A DNA stretch of 64,000 bases from Anaerolineae bacterium (GCA_022820665.1 JAJEFB010000004.1:60870-124869); one strand, 5' to 3'. Counted from the stretch's first letter, positions 28,724-39,190 are shown. Made by a program: numbers and translations. Notes: generated by a model not told the origin, from the letters alone.

Positions 28724-29953
28724 CTAGGGCCGCGCGTAGCTAATGCTCAGCATGCCCTCTATATCGAGCGGATCGACGCCGTAGTGTTTTCTCTGTTCGG
28801 CGCGCAGCAGCGCCTCGGATTCGAGATCGCCTTCAAGCGGCAGGGATAGTCGTTTCCCCTCTTGCAGGGCGGATTCGCGCGTGGCGACATCCATCATCAT
28901 TGCCATCAACGCGTCTTCGTCGTTGTATTCGGATGCGCGGATGCCCCGCACAGTTTCAGCGAAGTCGACAATGTGGCTGATCACCGCGGCGCTATAGTAG
29001 TTGCGGCGATGATAGGCGCTTTTGCCAAGACGATAGGGATTGACGTATTCGATGCGCCCTGTCGGCAGATCGACATGCGAGGACAGCCAGTCGCGCCCGT
29101 CCCCCAGATGCACGATGGGGTAAGCCAGGTCGTGACGTCCGCCATTTGCCAGAGCCTCATCGGTGCAATAGCGCAGCTCGCCGATGCCGTGCCAACCTTC
29201 GCCCGCTTGTTGCACGATTGCGCCGCGCGCCCCCGCCAGCTCCGTGTAGCCCGGCCGCGGATAGCGGCCCAGCATGCTTTTGATATTGCCGGCGTGGTCA
29301 ATGACCAGCGCCTGATCGGGGAACCAGAAAAAGTGCGCGCGGTACTTCTCCGATTCGTGATAGCGATGCGCCAACTGATAGTGCCCGTCCGTCGGCATGA
29401 CATGCGATATGGCTTGAACCTCGCTGGGATGCGCGCCGAAGAAGCGAATCCAGCGCGAGTTGTTGTGGTAGCCGGTGTGATCGTGCCAGCAGGTCAAGCG
29501 CTTGATCGGTCCAATGAATCCGTCTTCGGCGATCAACTTGATCATGCGGTCGAAGGGAAAGCGGAAGAAATTCTCGGCGATGAGCAAGACCGCATCGTTG
29601 CCGCGGGCCGCCTGCACCATTTCCCGCGCTTGAATCAGCAGGCTGCACATGCTCGTCTCGACATTGACGTGAATGCCATGGGCAAGCAGATAGCAGCAAA
29701 TCGAGTGGTGGGACGGAATCGGGCTGACCACGAAGGCCGCTTCCATCGGGCGCGCCTTGACCAGTTCTTTGAGATCATAAAAGGCCGGTACGCCTAAGGA
29801 CTGGGCGAATTCATCGGCCGAGCCTTTGACCGGGTCGCAGACCGCCACCAGCTCGATCCAGGGTTTCAAAAAGTCGAAGAGCGGCCGGTAGGTCGTTTTG
29901 GAGCGATTGCCCGTGCCGACCAGCGCCACTCGCAGCTTTTCATTCAGTGCCAT
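28724..29953 (-). CDS. Gfo/Idh/MocA-family oxidoreductase
   Basis: Start moved to ATG 29953 (MALNEKLRVALVGTGNRSK, Rossmann GxGxxx). This removes the track ORF's overlap with the upstream gene and leaves a 12-nt gap. Confidence 0.85.
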   Translation of the reverse strand: MALNEKLRVALVGTGNRSKTTYRPLFDFLKPWIELVAVCDPVKGSADEFAQSLGVPAFYDLKELVKARPMEAAFVVSPIPSHHSICCYLLAHGIHVNVETSMCSLLIQAREMVQAARGNDAVLLIAENFFRFPFDRMIKLIAEDGFIGPIKRLTCWHDHTGYHNNSRWIRFFGAHPSEVQAISHVMPTDGHYQLAHRYHESEKYRAHFFWFPDQALVIDHAGNIKSMLGRYPRPGYTELAGARGAIVQQAGEGWHGIGELRYCTDEALANGGRHDLAYPIVHLGDGRDWLSSHVDLPTGRIEYVNPYRLGKSAYHRRNYYSAAVISHIVDFAETVRGIRASEYNDEDALMAMMMDVATRESALQEGKRLSLPLEGDLESEALLRAEQRKHYGVDPLDIEGMLSISYARP

Positions 29954-31061
29954 TTTGCAGCCTTTCTTTGATTGCGTCGGGTATCTCCGCCTCATAAACT
30001 TGCGCATGTCCGGTTCTGTCGCTGGTGTAGACAACAAAGCGATTGTCCGGCGAGAACGAGGGATGCGGGTGGGTATGTTGTGGCGCGTAGACCTTGATCG
30101 GGCCGTCTTCATAGGGGAAGGGACCGTTCCAGTGCGCGCCCTCGCTGCTGGCGCCGGGATAGCAGAGCGTGATTGGAAATCCCGCCCCGTCCAGCGGGTT
30201 AAACAGTTGCAAACCGATATCGGGAAAATTGGTATCGGCGACCATCATCGCGCCATCGCGATTGCAAATGGCGTGCCAGGCGTTGAAAGAGGCGACTCGC
30301 CGCTCAACGCCGGTATCGACGTTGATAGCGCGGATGCCCTTGTTCCAATCGACAAACGCCAGTTCGCGCCGGCCGGGGATCCAGCTTTCGTGGGTGATCC
30401 ATTCGCCCGGCGCGCGCTGATAGAGGCGGCGATTGCCTGTTCCGTCGCGCTTGATGATCCAGACGCGATCCTTGAGCGGACCAGCATAATAGAGCAGGTC
30501 GGCGTCATCGGGGCAGAACATGAGATGGGCGATGGTATCTCGCTTAAGGATGACCTCGCGCTCGCCGCTGCTGGTATCGACAACCGCCAGGCAGGCTTCC
30601 GCATTGACGCTGAAGCGGATCGCCCAGTAGCGGTCGTCGAAACTGAGCGCCGTGGTGCCCATGGCATCCGCGACCATGCCGGCTTCGCGCAAGCTGACCT
30701 CGCCGAAGTCGACCAGTTGCTCTTCGCGCAAAGTCTCGGTATGGACTCGGTATGCGCCCCTGCCGGCGGTGAAATAGACGTAGCGCCCATCGTGCGAGGG
30801 ATAGACCGAATACTCGCCGATGTTCTCGCGTTCTGTTAGTTGGATCAGCTTGCCGTTGGCGCGCTCTTCGGCGAAGATCTCCGGTCGGCCTGTGCGATGT
30901 GAGACGAAGATCAAGCGCTGCATGGCATCGTCGTAAGCTGGGACGATAAAAAATGGATGGTGATGAATCGAGGCTTGATCGGTGACCTGCCTGATTTTGA
31001 CGCCGGTGCTTTCGTCTTGAAAACAGATCGATTCCGACGGATAGATTTGTCCGCGGGCCAT
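29940..31061 (-). CDS. Oligogalacturonate-lyase-like (PL22-like) beta-propeller protein
   Basis: The N-terminus FQDESTGVKIRQVTD...HHHPFF...LIFVSHRTGRPEIF...GKLIQLTE parallels the Ogl pattern F.D..TG..I.RLT...H.NYF...iiF....QLTEG. No signal peptide. Confidence 0.6.
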   Translation of the reverse strand: MARGQIYPSESICFQDESTGVKIRQVTDQASIHHHPFFIVPAYDDAMQRLIFVSHRTGRPEIFAEERANGKLIQLTERENIGEYSVYPSHDGRYVYFTAGRGAYRVHTETLREEQLVDFGEVSLREAGMVADAMGTTALSFDDRYWAIRFSVNAEACLAVVDTSSGEREVILKRDTIAHLMFCPDDADLLYYAGPLKDRVWIIKRDGTGNRRLYQRAPGEWITHESWIPGRRELAFVDWNKGIRAINVDTGVERRVASFNAWHAICNRDGAMMVADTNFPDIGLQLFNPLDGAGFPITLCYPGASSEGAHWNGPFPYEDGPIKVYAPQHTHPHPSFSPDNRFVVYTSDRTGHAQVYEAEIPDAIKERLQNGTE

Positions 31062-32042
31062 CTAGGAGACGTTCCGTTCCAGAACGGCAAAGCCGGCTTC
31101 GGTCAATTCGGCGGCGATGCGGTCGATCTCGCCCTGCGGCAGCGGACGAATGGGACGCCGCATGCGCATGGACGGGAATTTGCCGATCAGTGTCATGGCG
31201 CACTTCATGCGTTGATGCGCGTCGCTCGACGGTTCGCCGAAGCGATAAACGATCTGCGAGAGCGGACGCACCTTGTCTTGCAGGGTATTGGCTTGTTCCA
31301 GGTCGCCGCTCAAAGCCGCCTTGACCAAGGCTGTGATCAACTCCGGCACGAATCCCGCGAAGCCAACCAGCGCGCCATCGGCGCCGTCGAGCAGCGTCAC
31401 CAGCAGGTATTCGTCCTGGCAGCTGATGATGCTGACATCGGGCGCGGAGATCTTCAAATTGCGATAGTCATGCGCCCAACGCGACATATCGCGCGTGCCC
31501 ATTTTGATGCTGACGACGCGGTCGAGTTGAGCCATGGCCTGCATTTCCGCCAGCGAATAGCTGGCTTTGGTCCAGGCCGGGTACTGATGCACGATAATGT
31601 CGATTTCAGCGTCTTCGGCGACATCTTTGAAGAAGCCCACGGCGGTTTCGCTGGTCCTGCCGAAGCGCAGCCAATGATGCGGCGGCATCAGCAGGATGGC
31701 GTCGGCGCCGACGTCTTTCGCGGCCAGCGCCTGCGCGATGGCTTCGTCGCTGCCTTCGGCACAAACGCCGGAGACTACCTTGACCTTGTGCCCAACTTCG
31801 TCAGCGATGATCTCGGTGACGCGGGCTCGCTCATGATTGCGCAGGGACATGACCTCGCCGGTATGTCCATTGCAAACCAAGCCGGTGATGCCATCCACCG
31901 AAGCTAGATACTGAACGTATTCGCGCAAGCCGATCTCGTCAATCGAGTCGTCGTCATTAAAGGGACACAGCGTCGCCGGCAGTACCCCGGTCCATGGTTG
32001 TTGGATCATTCCTTCACCCTTTCCAAACGTTGATTCGCTCAA
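31062..32042 (-). CDS. DapA/DHDPS-family aldolase (keto-deoxy sugar-acid aldolase or dehydratase-like)
   Basis: GVLPATLCPFNDDDSIDEIGLREYVQYLASVDGITGLVCNGHTGEVMSL is the typical DHDPS-family N-terminus. Confidence 0.8.
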   Translation of the reverse strand: MSESTFGKGEGMIQQPWTGVLPATLCPFNDDDSIDEIGLREYVQYLASVDGITGLVCNGHTGEVMSLRNHERARVTEIIADEVGHKVKVVSGVCAEGSDEAIAQALAAKDVGADAILLMPPHHWLRFGRTSETAVGFFKDVAEDAEIDIIVHQYPAWTKASYSLAEMQAMAQLDRVVSIKMGTRDMSRWAHDYRNLKISAPDVSIISCQDEYLLVTLLDGADGALVGFAGFVPELITALVKAALSGDLEQANTLQDKVRPLSQIVYRFGEPSSDAHQRMKCAMTLIGKFPSMRMRRPIRPLPQGEIDRIAAELTEAGFAVLERNVS

Positions 32043-33145
32043 GAAACGCGGTGCCGCTCCAGAAAGTCGTAATTCGGCGTGACACCCAAGCCCGGCCTAT
32101 CGGGTATGGTCAAATAACCGTCCTCATCCAATGTCATCTTTTCTTCAAAGATCTTGCCGCGGTTGACATCCACGGTCTCGCGATAGAACTCCACGATCAA
32201 GCCGTTGCTGATGGCGCCAACCAGGTGCAGATGGATCTCTTGATCGCCGTGCGGCGCGATATGCAAGTCATGGGCGGCGACCAACGCAGCCACATTCATG
32301 AATTCTGTTATGCCGCCCAGTATCTGCGCATCGGCGTTGTAGATGGCGGCGGCCTCATTGGCGATTAAATCGCGGAAGCCGTAGCGCGTGTATTCGTTCT
32401 CGCCCGTGGCGATGGGAATCGATGTCGACCGCGCCAATATGCCATGACCGCGATAATCATCCGGCGCGACTGGCTCTTCAAACCAGAACACGTCATACGC
32501 TTCCATCTTGCGGGCGATGTCGATTGCCTCGCGCAGGCTGTAGGCGCAATTGGCGTCGACCATCAGTTTGACGTCTTCGCCGATCGTCTGGCGCACGACG
32601 CGCACACGCTCTAGATCTTCCTTGATGGACGCGCCGCCGATCTTCATCTTGATCGCCCTGGCGCCCAAGTCGAGGTTTTCTTCCATCTCGGCGGCCAAGC
32701 CGGCGAGTCCCTTGCCTTCTTGATAGTAACCGCCGGCGATGTAAGCCGGCACGCGATCGTGGAAACCGCCCAGCAGCTTATGCACCGACTTGCCGGTGGC
32801 CAGCCCCATCAGATCCCAAAGCGCGATATCAATGCCGCTGATGAAGCGCGTGGTGATGCCGCGTCTGCCCACCAGCTTGGGTTCCCAGAGCGCGTCCCAG
32901 ATGCGGCGGTAATTGAAGGGGTCCTCGCCGATCAGCAGCGGCTTGAAATGCTCCAGCAAGCCCTGCGCGACCTTGGCCATGCCGGGCGTAGCGGGTTTGC
33001 CCGCCCAGCCGATGCCGCTCACTCCCTCGTCAGTGTGGATGCGCAGCAAGCTAAGCCCGCTGTCCGTGTAGATGTGCTTGCCATTGCGGATCGGCTCCCC
33101 GCGCTCCCAACGATAAACGCGCAGTTCGACATCTGTTATTTTCAT
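32039..33145 (-). CDS. Enolase-superfamily enzyme (mandelate racemase/muconate lactonizing family; probable acid-sugar dehydratase)
   Basis: MKITDVELRVYRW... capping domain and a barrel with KMKIG, DANCAY and WFEEP blocks. Confidence 0.85.
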   Translation of the reverse strand: MKITDVELRVYRWERGEPIRNGKHIYTDSGLSLLRIHTDEGVSGIGWAGKPATPGMAKVAQGLLEHFKPLLIGEDPFNYRRIWDALWEPKLVGRRGITTRFISGIDIALWDLMGLATGKSVHKLLGGFHDRVPAYIAGGYYQEGKGLAGLAAEMEENLDLGARAIKMKIGGASIKEDLERVRVVRQTIGEDVKLMVDANCAYSLREAIDIARKMEAYDVFWFEEPVAPDDYRGHGILARSTSIPIATGENEYTRYGFRDLIANEAAAIYNADAQILGGITEFMNVAALVAAHDLHIAPHGDQEIHLHLVGAISNGLIVEFYRETVDVNRGKIFEEKMTLDEDGYLTIPDRPGLGVTPNYDFLERHRVS

Positions 33146-33163
33146 GCTGTCGCGCGCTCTCTC

Positions 33164-34285
33164 TCAAGGTGTGAATACGGTAGCGGCGATATGGCGGACG
33201 CCGCCGTTGCATTGAATCTCGTCATCGGCTCTGTTGATATAATACGCGGTCATCACCTTGCCGCCGCTCAGCTTGATCGTGCGCGGATAACCCAGGTCCC
33301 AGGAGCCGGCGTCGTCGCGCAGAATGAGTTCCGGTCCCCAGCTTTTGCCATTGTCTTGGGAGAGGCGGGCGCGAATGCCGTAAGGCAGGACGCGATAACC
33401 GTAGACGATGAGCAGGCGTCCGTCATCGAGCAGGGTCAAGTCGGTCGGACCGCCCCAATCGCTCGGTCGCGAAAGGAACCGCCAAGTGCGTCCGCCATCG
33501 GGCGATTCAAAGATCTCGGGCCAGGCGTTGCGCGCGTCAATTTGGCAGCGCAGCGCCGCCAGAATTCGGCCATCGTCAAGCATGACTGGGCTGGCGTAAT
33601 AGCGATTGACATAATGCCCGTCAGCCGAGTCAGTGATGATTGGCGCCAGATAATTCCAGGTCAGCCCGGCATCCGGCGATCCATAGACCGCGACGAAGCG
33701 ATTGCCGCGCTTGCCCGAGGCGATGCCGGCAGTGACGAAAAGCAAGACCAAGCCATCGGGACGCAGGATATAGTCCGGCTTGACCTGTATCCATTGGAAG
33801 CCGAAGGAAGGCATGCGGAAAGGACCTTCCCAGCTATGCCCGCGGTCGCGCGAATATTGAATGTAGCCGATCGATTGATCCCGTTCGGGCGGGATGCCGA
33901 AGCCGGCCGTCATGAAGAAGTCCGGCGATGCCCAGTCATAAGGTTCGCTTGGCGCGTCTTCGGCGCTCATGAAGAGCGGTCTTTCGATCTCTTGTCGGTT
34001 GCCGAGCGACCGCAAGCTCTCAATGGGCCAGGTCAAGCCGCCGTCGCTCGAGCGCATGACGACGTATTCGCCGCCGCGGGCATCGACCACGTGATGCGCC
34101 ATGTCGTAGGGAGAGCTGTAGTTACAGGGTCCGCGGGAAAAACTTATCAGCAGTTCGCCGTCCGAAAAAGCTTTGAAGCCATGATTGAAGGGCCAGGCAG
34201 CGAAGTAACCTTCGTCATAATAGATGGTGATGTGTTCGGCGTCCGTTGGGTATTCGGCAGACGGATACGCTGGTGATGACATCAA
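33164..34285 (-). CDS. BNR/Asp-box repeat sialidase-fold glycosidase-like protein
   Basis: Five Asp-boxes: SSDGGLTW, SRDRGHSW, SPDAGLTW, SPDGGRTW, SQDNGKSW. No signal peptide. Confidence 0.75.
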   Translation of the reverse strand: MMSSPAYPSAEYPTDAEHITIYYDEGYFAAWPFNHGFKAFSDGELLISFSRGPCNYSSPYDMAHHVVDARGGEYVVMRSSDGGLTWPIESLRSLGNRQEIERPLFMSAEDAPSEPYDWASPDFFMTAGFGIPPERDQSIGYIQYSRDRGHSWEGPFRMPSFGFQWIQVKPDYILRPDGLVLLFVTAGIASGKRGNRFVAVYGSPDAGLTWNYLAPIITDSADGHYVNRYYASPVMLDDGRILAALRCQIDARNAWPEIFESPDGGRTWRFLSRPSDWGGPTDLTLLDDGRLLIVYGYRVLPYGIRARLSQDNGKSWGPELILRDDAGSWDLGYPRTIKLSGGKVMTAYYINRADDEIQCNGGVRHIAATVFTP

Positions 34286-34306
34286 AACTCCCTTGCGCTC
34301 CCGGGC

Positions 34307-35290
34307 TTAACTGTTGCGGCGCGGGTCCAGCGCATCGTTCAAGCCATCGCCCAGGAAGACAAAGGCCACGGTGATGACGCCGATGGTCACAGCCGGGCTG
34401 AGCACCAGATGAGGGAATACCTGCCACAGGCGCAAGGACTCGTTAAGCATGGAACCCCAGCTGGCGTTGGGCGGTTGCACGCCAATGCCGAGGAAGCTCA
34501 AGGTCGCTTCAAAGGTCACAGCGCCACCCATGCTAGCAGTCACAGCCACGACCAGGGGACCCAGAGCGTTGGGTATGACGTGGCGCAGCATGATATGCCA
34601 CTCGGAAGCGCCGAGCGCCCGCGCCGCCAATACATAATCTTCTTCGTTGATGCTCAAGACTTGCCCGCGGATTAGCCGCGCCAGCCCGGGCCAGGCGATC
34701 AAAGCCAGGGCGCTGAAGACCAGCACGTAGTCCAACCAAAGCGTGTTCAGATAAAAGGGATTTTTTGTCTGTTCATAAAGCTGATCGAACCAGTTGATGA
34801 TCGGACGGCGCAGGGTCGTATTGATAAGAATGACGAGAAGCAAGCCCGGCATGGCTTGAATCAAGTCGCTGATCCACATCAGAAACTGGTCGGTGCGCCC
34901 GCCGCGAATGCCGGACCAGGTACCGAGCAATACGCCGATGACAAGGCTTATGGCGGTGGTGGAGAAGGCGACCAAAGCGGCTGTGCGCGCGCCGTGTAGC
35001 ATCCGGCTGAGGACATCCCGCCCCAGGTCGTCGGCGCCCAGGGGATGCTCGACGGTGAATCCGCCAAAGGCATTGGCGATGTTCTGTTCGAGGAAGTCGT
35101 AGGGCGCGATATGCGGTCCGACCAGCGCCAGGATGAGGAAGGCGATCACGACGAACAGGCCGCCCACCGCCAGCCAGTTCCGCCGGAAGCGCCGCGCCCC
35201 GTCCTGCCACAGGCTGCGATGGTATTCCAGCGAGAGGCTCTTGTCGTCGATGACGCGGGAGCGTTTAGGGCTGGCAGTCTCCGCGCTCAT
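34307..35290 (-). CDS. Dpp/Opp-type ABC permease (DppC-like)
   Basis: 327 aa. N-terminal ...RFRRNWLAVGGLFVVIAFLILALVGPHIAPYDF is typical of OppC/DppC. Confidence 0.85.
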   Translation of the reverse strand: MSAETASPKRSRVIDDKSLSLEYHRSLWQDGARRFRRNWLAVGGLFVVIAFLILALVGPHIAPYDFLEQNIANAFGGFTVEHPLGADDLGRDVLSRMLHGARTAALVAFSTTAISLVIGVLLGTWSGIRGGRTDQFLMWISDLIQAMPGLLLVILINTTLRRPIINWFDQLYEQTKNPFYLNTLWLDYVLVFSALALIAWPGLARLIRGQVLSINEEDYVLAARALGASEWHIMLRHVIPNALGPLVVAVTASMGGAVTFEATLSFLGIGVQPPNASWGSMLNESLRLWQVFPHLVLSPAVTIGVITVAFVFLGDGLNDALDPRRNS

Positions 35291-36237
35291 TTCGCCCTCA
35301 CTCGGGGGTCCAGAATCGGATAGATGATATCGACCAGGAAATTGCTGATGAAGATAATCAAGGTGCCGACGACAGCCACCGCCATGATGATAGGATAATC
35401 GACCTTCTTGATGCCCTCGATGGTCAGCAAGCCAAAGCCGGGGATATTAAAAATGAGTTCGACGATTAATGAGCCGTTGATGAGGCTAATCATCACCAGG
35501 CCGAGAGTGGTGACGACCGGCGTCAACATCGGGCGCATCATGTGGCGCATGATGATCCAAAACTCGGGCACGCCTTTGGCGCGGGCGGTGCGCACATAAA
35601 GTTGGCTCTTGATTTCCAGCATGGCGGAGCGGGTCTGGCGCACGATGATGGGCAGGATGCTTATCGATATGACCGCGACCGGCAGCGCGGCGTCGATATG
35701 AAACAGTCCACTCCACCCGTAGGGCACGTCGATTAGCCCGAGTTGCAGCACGAGCAAGAGCAATAGCATCGGACCGACGACGAAAATGGGAATGCCGTTG
35801 ATGAACAAGACGGTGCTGATAATGAGCCGATCCAGCCAGCGATTGTGATAGAGCGCCGCGATCACGCCAAGACCGATACCGACCACGGCGCCGATGACAG
35901 TGGCGGCGAAGCCCAACTGCATCGATATCGGTAGTCGGAATTTGACGATTTCCAGTACCGGGCGGTCGACTTGCAAGCGAATTGAGCGTCCCCAATCCCC
36001 TTGGACCAGCTTGTTGAGATAATTGCCGAACTGCACAATGAAGGGCTCGTCCAAGCCATACTTCTTCCGCAGCGCCAGCATGACGACTTCGTCTTCGCTG
36101 TCGAAATCTTCGCCCTGGATGAACATCATGCGGATGGGATCGCCGGCTCCGTAATACATCATCGCATAGGTAACAAAGAGGATGAGCAAAAGCCCAACCG
36201 ACCAGCGCAATAGACGTATCAGCAAGAATGATGCCAT
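35287..36237 (-). CDS. Dpp/Opp-type ABC permease (DppB-like)
   Basis: 316 aa, MASFLLIRLLRW...DPIR... is the typical OppB/DppB N-terminus. 4-nt overlap with the DppC-like gene. Confidence 0.85.
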   Translation of the reverse strand: MASFLLIRLLRWSVGLLLILFVTYAMMYYGAGDPIRMMFIQGEDFDSEDEVVMLALRKKYGLDEPFIVQFGNYLNKLVQGDWGRSIRLQVDRPVLEIVKFRLPISMQLGFAATVIGAVVGIGLGVIAALYHNRWLDRLIISTVLFINGIPIFVVGPMLLLLLVLQLGLIDVPYGWSGLFHIDAALPVAVISISILPIIVRQTRSAMLEIKSQLYVRTARAKGVPEFWIIMRHMMRPMLTPVVTTLGLVMISLINGSLIVELIFNIPGFGLLTIEGIKKVDYPIIMAVAVVGTLIIFISNFLVDIIYPILDPRVRAK

Positions 36238-36336
36238 GCCGGCGCTTCCTTTACCCCACCCGAAGTCCCTCCCTCCATCAATAGAGAGAGGGACTTTACT
36301 CCCCTTCCCTCATTTTGGGGGGAAGGGGGATGGGGG

Positions 36337-37950
36337 CTAACGCTCGATGTAGATCTTCCAGGGTTCGATCACGCTAACGTCGGGACCACTGTAGTATTCC
36401 ATGACGTGCGCGCGGGCGTTGGCGGTGCGCAAGGGCTTGCCGAAGTGCATGATGACGTAGTCGCCCTCGTATTGCGCCTGCGCTTCGAGCGCCAGTTCGC
36501 AGCGCCGCGGATCATCCGGCGCCAGGGTCAAGGCTTCGTCAACCGCCGCTTCCAGCGCCTCGTTATAGTAACCACGCAGCATGGAGCTGCTGGCAACGGG
36601 ACCCGATGAATGGCCCGCCGCCCACATATAGGTAGCGGCATCGGGGAAGCGAATGACAACATCGTCACGGCTCAGGTTGATCTTGTCGAAGTCATCGCCG
36701 AAGCTGTTGGGATCTTGCTGGAACTCGACATTTTCGATGCCCAGGTTCTGGCGCCAGAACTCGATGACCGCTTGCAGCGCGCGGTTGTTGAACTCGTTGC
36801 TGCCGCGCGGCGTGACGCGCAGTTTCGGCAGGTTCATGGCATCGCCATAGCTGGACGCGGCCAAAGCGGCTTGCGCGCCTTCGACATCGTAGGGATAGCC
36901 GGACGCGTCCGGGTTCTGGCAGGTCACGATATCGTCCAGGGTCTGCGTGGTCATAACGCCGCTGCCTTCGATCGGGAAGGCGGCTTGGAATACAGCGTTC
37001 CAATCGACCGACTTGATCAGCGCTTCACGGACTTTCGGATCACTGGTCGGCTCGACAGTCGGCTGCATCCAGAAGGTGTTGAAGCCGATAGCGTCGAATT
37101 GACGGAAGTAATCCGGCATTGCCGAGCGCAGGACCGAGGGCGCCGCCGCCAAACTGGCGTCGATTTGATCGTTCAGCGCCATCGTGCCGACGATTTGCTG
37201 ATCAGGAACAAACTGGAAGGTGACCTTTTCCAAGATCGGACCGTCTTTCCACCATTCCGGATTCGGCGTCAACTCGGCCGTCTGCAGGTCGGCGTCAAAG
37301 CTGGTGAGGATGAAGGGACCGTTGACGATGGGATTGTTCTCCGGCTTCCAGAATTCGTTGAAGCCATGTTCCAGCACGTCCTCGGCGCGGGCGATAGCCA
37401 TGTGCGCGGTGGCGATGCGCCAGAAGAAGATCGGATCCGGCAGGACCAGCTCAACCTGGACGGTCGAATCATCAAGCGCCGACAGACCACTGACATCGAC
37501 GGTCATGGCGTCTTCGGCAGCCATCTCGCGCGCATCGGCGAATCCCTGCACGTTGCCCAGATAAGTGCGGATACGGCCGACGCTGTTAAGCGGCGCCGCT
37601 TGCACCTGCCAGGAATCGATGACCTGCTGCGCGGTAATAGAGCTGCCATCGGACCAGCGAGCCTCCGGGTCGACCGAGAAGGTCCACACGGTGCCATCGT
37701 CGTTGGAACTCCAATCGTTGAAGTAGCCGGTCTTCAAGTTGAAGTCGACATCAAAATAGAGTGGCGGAACCGACTGGAAAGTGATCCAGTTCTGCTGGTC
37801 GCCGCCGGCCGACAAGATCTGGAAGCTGAAATTGGCGACGCCGGAAGAACCGGTGGCGATCCTCAGCACTTGATCCTGCGCCATTGCGCCGGTCGCGCCG
37901 AGCAGCAAGACCAACGCGATCAGGGTTAGGGTGAATAACTTCTTCGACAT
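36337..37950 (-). CDS. Solute-binding protein family 5 (peptide/oligosaccharide type)
   Basis: 537 aa, signal MSKKLFTLTLIALVLLLGATGAMAQ, GAGGAGGAG upstream. Confidence 0.85.
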   Translation of the reverse strand: MSKKLFTLTLIALVLLLGATGAMAQDQVLRIATGSSGVANFSFQILSAGGDQQNWITFQSVPPLYFDVDFNLKTGYFNDWSSNDDGTVWTFSVDPEARWSDGSSITAQQVIDSWQVQAAPLNSVGRIRTYLGNVQGFADAREMAAEDAMTVDVSGLSALDDSTVQVELVLPDPIFFWRIATAHMAIARAEDVLEHGFNEFWKPENNPIVNGPFILTSFDADLQTAELTPNPEWWKDGPILEKVTFQFVPDQQIVGTMALNDQIDASLAAAPSVLRSAMPDYFRQFDAIGFNTFWMQPTVEPTSDPKVREALIKSVDWNAVFQAAFPIEGSGVMTTQTLDDIVTCQNPDASGYPYDVEGAQAALAASSYGDAMNLPKLRVTPRGSNEFNNRALQAVIEFWRQNLGIENVEFQQDPNSFGDDFDKINLSRDDVVIRFPDAATYMWAAGHSSGPVASSSMLRGYYNEALEAAVDEALTLAPDDPRRCELALEAQAQYEGDYVIMHFGKPLRTANARAHVMEYYSGPDVSVIEPWKIYIER

Positions 37951-38114
37951 AATCTCCTCCTCATTTGAACCTTATGTCAATTTGCTTGCTATAGGACGGA
38001 CACACTCTTCTATGCCCACAGCTTTGATTGAGCTGTCATAACGAAAACCGTTTCTCGCGCTCGCCTGCTCCTTTCAATAAATGACTCTAAAACAGCTGAC
38101 CGCAAATCGTCTTG

Positions 38115-39161
38115 TCAGCCACGGGTGAATAACTCGTCGCAAAGATAATCCGATGACTCGCGGATGACGAGCTGCGTCGGCAATTTGATGACGCGATCGG
38201 TCCTGTTTCCATTATTCGCAATGCCCTGCAACAACAAGCGGGCAGCTGTTTTCCCCAATAAGTTCAGGTCGCGGCGGATCACCGTGACCGGTGGACGATA
38301 CAACTGCGTCAGGTGGATGTCGTCGCATGCGACCAGCGCAATATCGCGCCCGACCGTCAGCTGCCGATCTTGCAGCGCTTGCAAGGCGCCGATCAATATG
38401 ATATTGCCCGCCACGATCAAGGCTGACGGCTGCGGTCGATTGCGCATCAGCAAGAGCGCCTCGGCAAAGGCGTCGGTTTCAGTGAAGGACGCGAAGCGCG
38501 CCAATTCGCTGCGGGGCGGAATCCCGGCTTCGGCCAGCGCCTCTTGATAGGCTCGAAATCGCTGCTGTGTGGGGTAAAAACCTTGTGGTCCGCCGATGAA
38601 TCCGATATTGCGATGCCCGTTTTCGACCAGATGCAAGACCGCTTTGCGTACGCTGCTTTCGTGATCGGACTGTACGGCGAAAACGCGCTCTCCGTCGACG
38701 GGCTCGCGATCCAGCAGCGCCGTCGGTATATTCGTCTCCTGAATAAAGCGGCGCGAGGGTTCGGGCGATTCCGAGGCGGACGAGACAATCAATCCGCTCA
38801 CCTGCCGGCTGGCTAGCAGACGCAAACAGGCGATATCCAGATCGGCTTGATTGCGCGAGGACACCAGTGTTACGGCGTAACCATTGGTGGCAAGAGCCTC
38901 GGCAGCGGCTTCATATATGGTGGAAATGACCGGATTGGCGATGCTGCCAACCAGAAAACCAATCGAGTTGGTCTCTCCCCGGCGCAAACTATGCGCCAGG
39001 AAAGCCGGCTGATAATCCAACTCCTCAGCGGCTTCTACCACGCGCGTCTTCAAAGCCTCGGAGACATGCGGGTAATTGTTCAGCGCCCGCGAAACGGAAC
39101 TGACCGAGACCCGCGCATGATGCGCCACATCGTGGATGGTAGCCTTCTGCGACAAGGACAA
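38115..39161 (-). CDS. LacI/GalR-family transcriptional regulator
   Basis: HTH ATIHDVAHHARVSVSSVSRALNN. TTG start. Confidence 0.9.
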   Translation of the reverse strand: MSLSQKATIHDVAHHARVSVSSVSRALNNYPHVSEALKTRVVEAAEELDYQPAFLAHSLRRGETNSIGFLVGSIANPVISTIYEAAAEALATNGYAVTLVSSRNQADLDIACLRLLASRQVSGLIVSSASESPEPSRRFIQETNIPTALLDREPVDGERVFAVQSDHESSVRKAVLHLVENGHRNIGFIGGPQGFYPTQQRFRAYQEALAEAGIPPRSELARFASFTETDAFAEALLLMRNRPQPSALIVAGNIILIGALQALQDRQLTVGRDIALVACDDIHLTQLYRPPVTVIRRDLNLLGKTAARLLLQGIANNGNRTDRVIKLPTQLVIRESSDYLCDELFTRG

Positions 39162-39167
39162 TCCCTG

Positions 39168-39187
39168 GAAATCTGAAAACGATTTCC
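39168..39187. promoter_or_regulatory. Candidate autoregulatory operator of the lacI-like gene
   Basis: GGAAATC-N6-GATTTCC inverted repeat containing TGAAAACGATTTCC, a near match to the perfect operator at 39479. Sits just downstream of the -10 hexamer, over or near the predicted start site. Confidence 0.45.
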
Positions 39188-39190
39188 GAA

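Noticed and set aside
28724-30112. 53 extra N-terminal codons of the oxidoreductase ORF overlapping the upstream lyase-like gene. The same issue affects 57702-58610 (overlap with PSP1), 16568-17935, 2441-2479 and 49077-49103.
   Set aside because: In each case the extension is basic and low in complexity, or overlaps a well-supported gene. The internal ATG coincides with the start of family homology, often with an RBS or an ATGA stop-start overlap.
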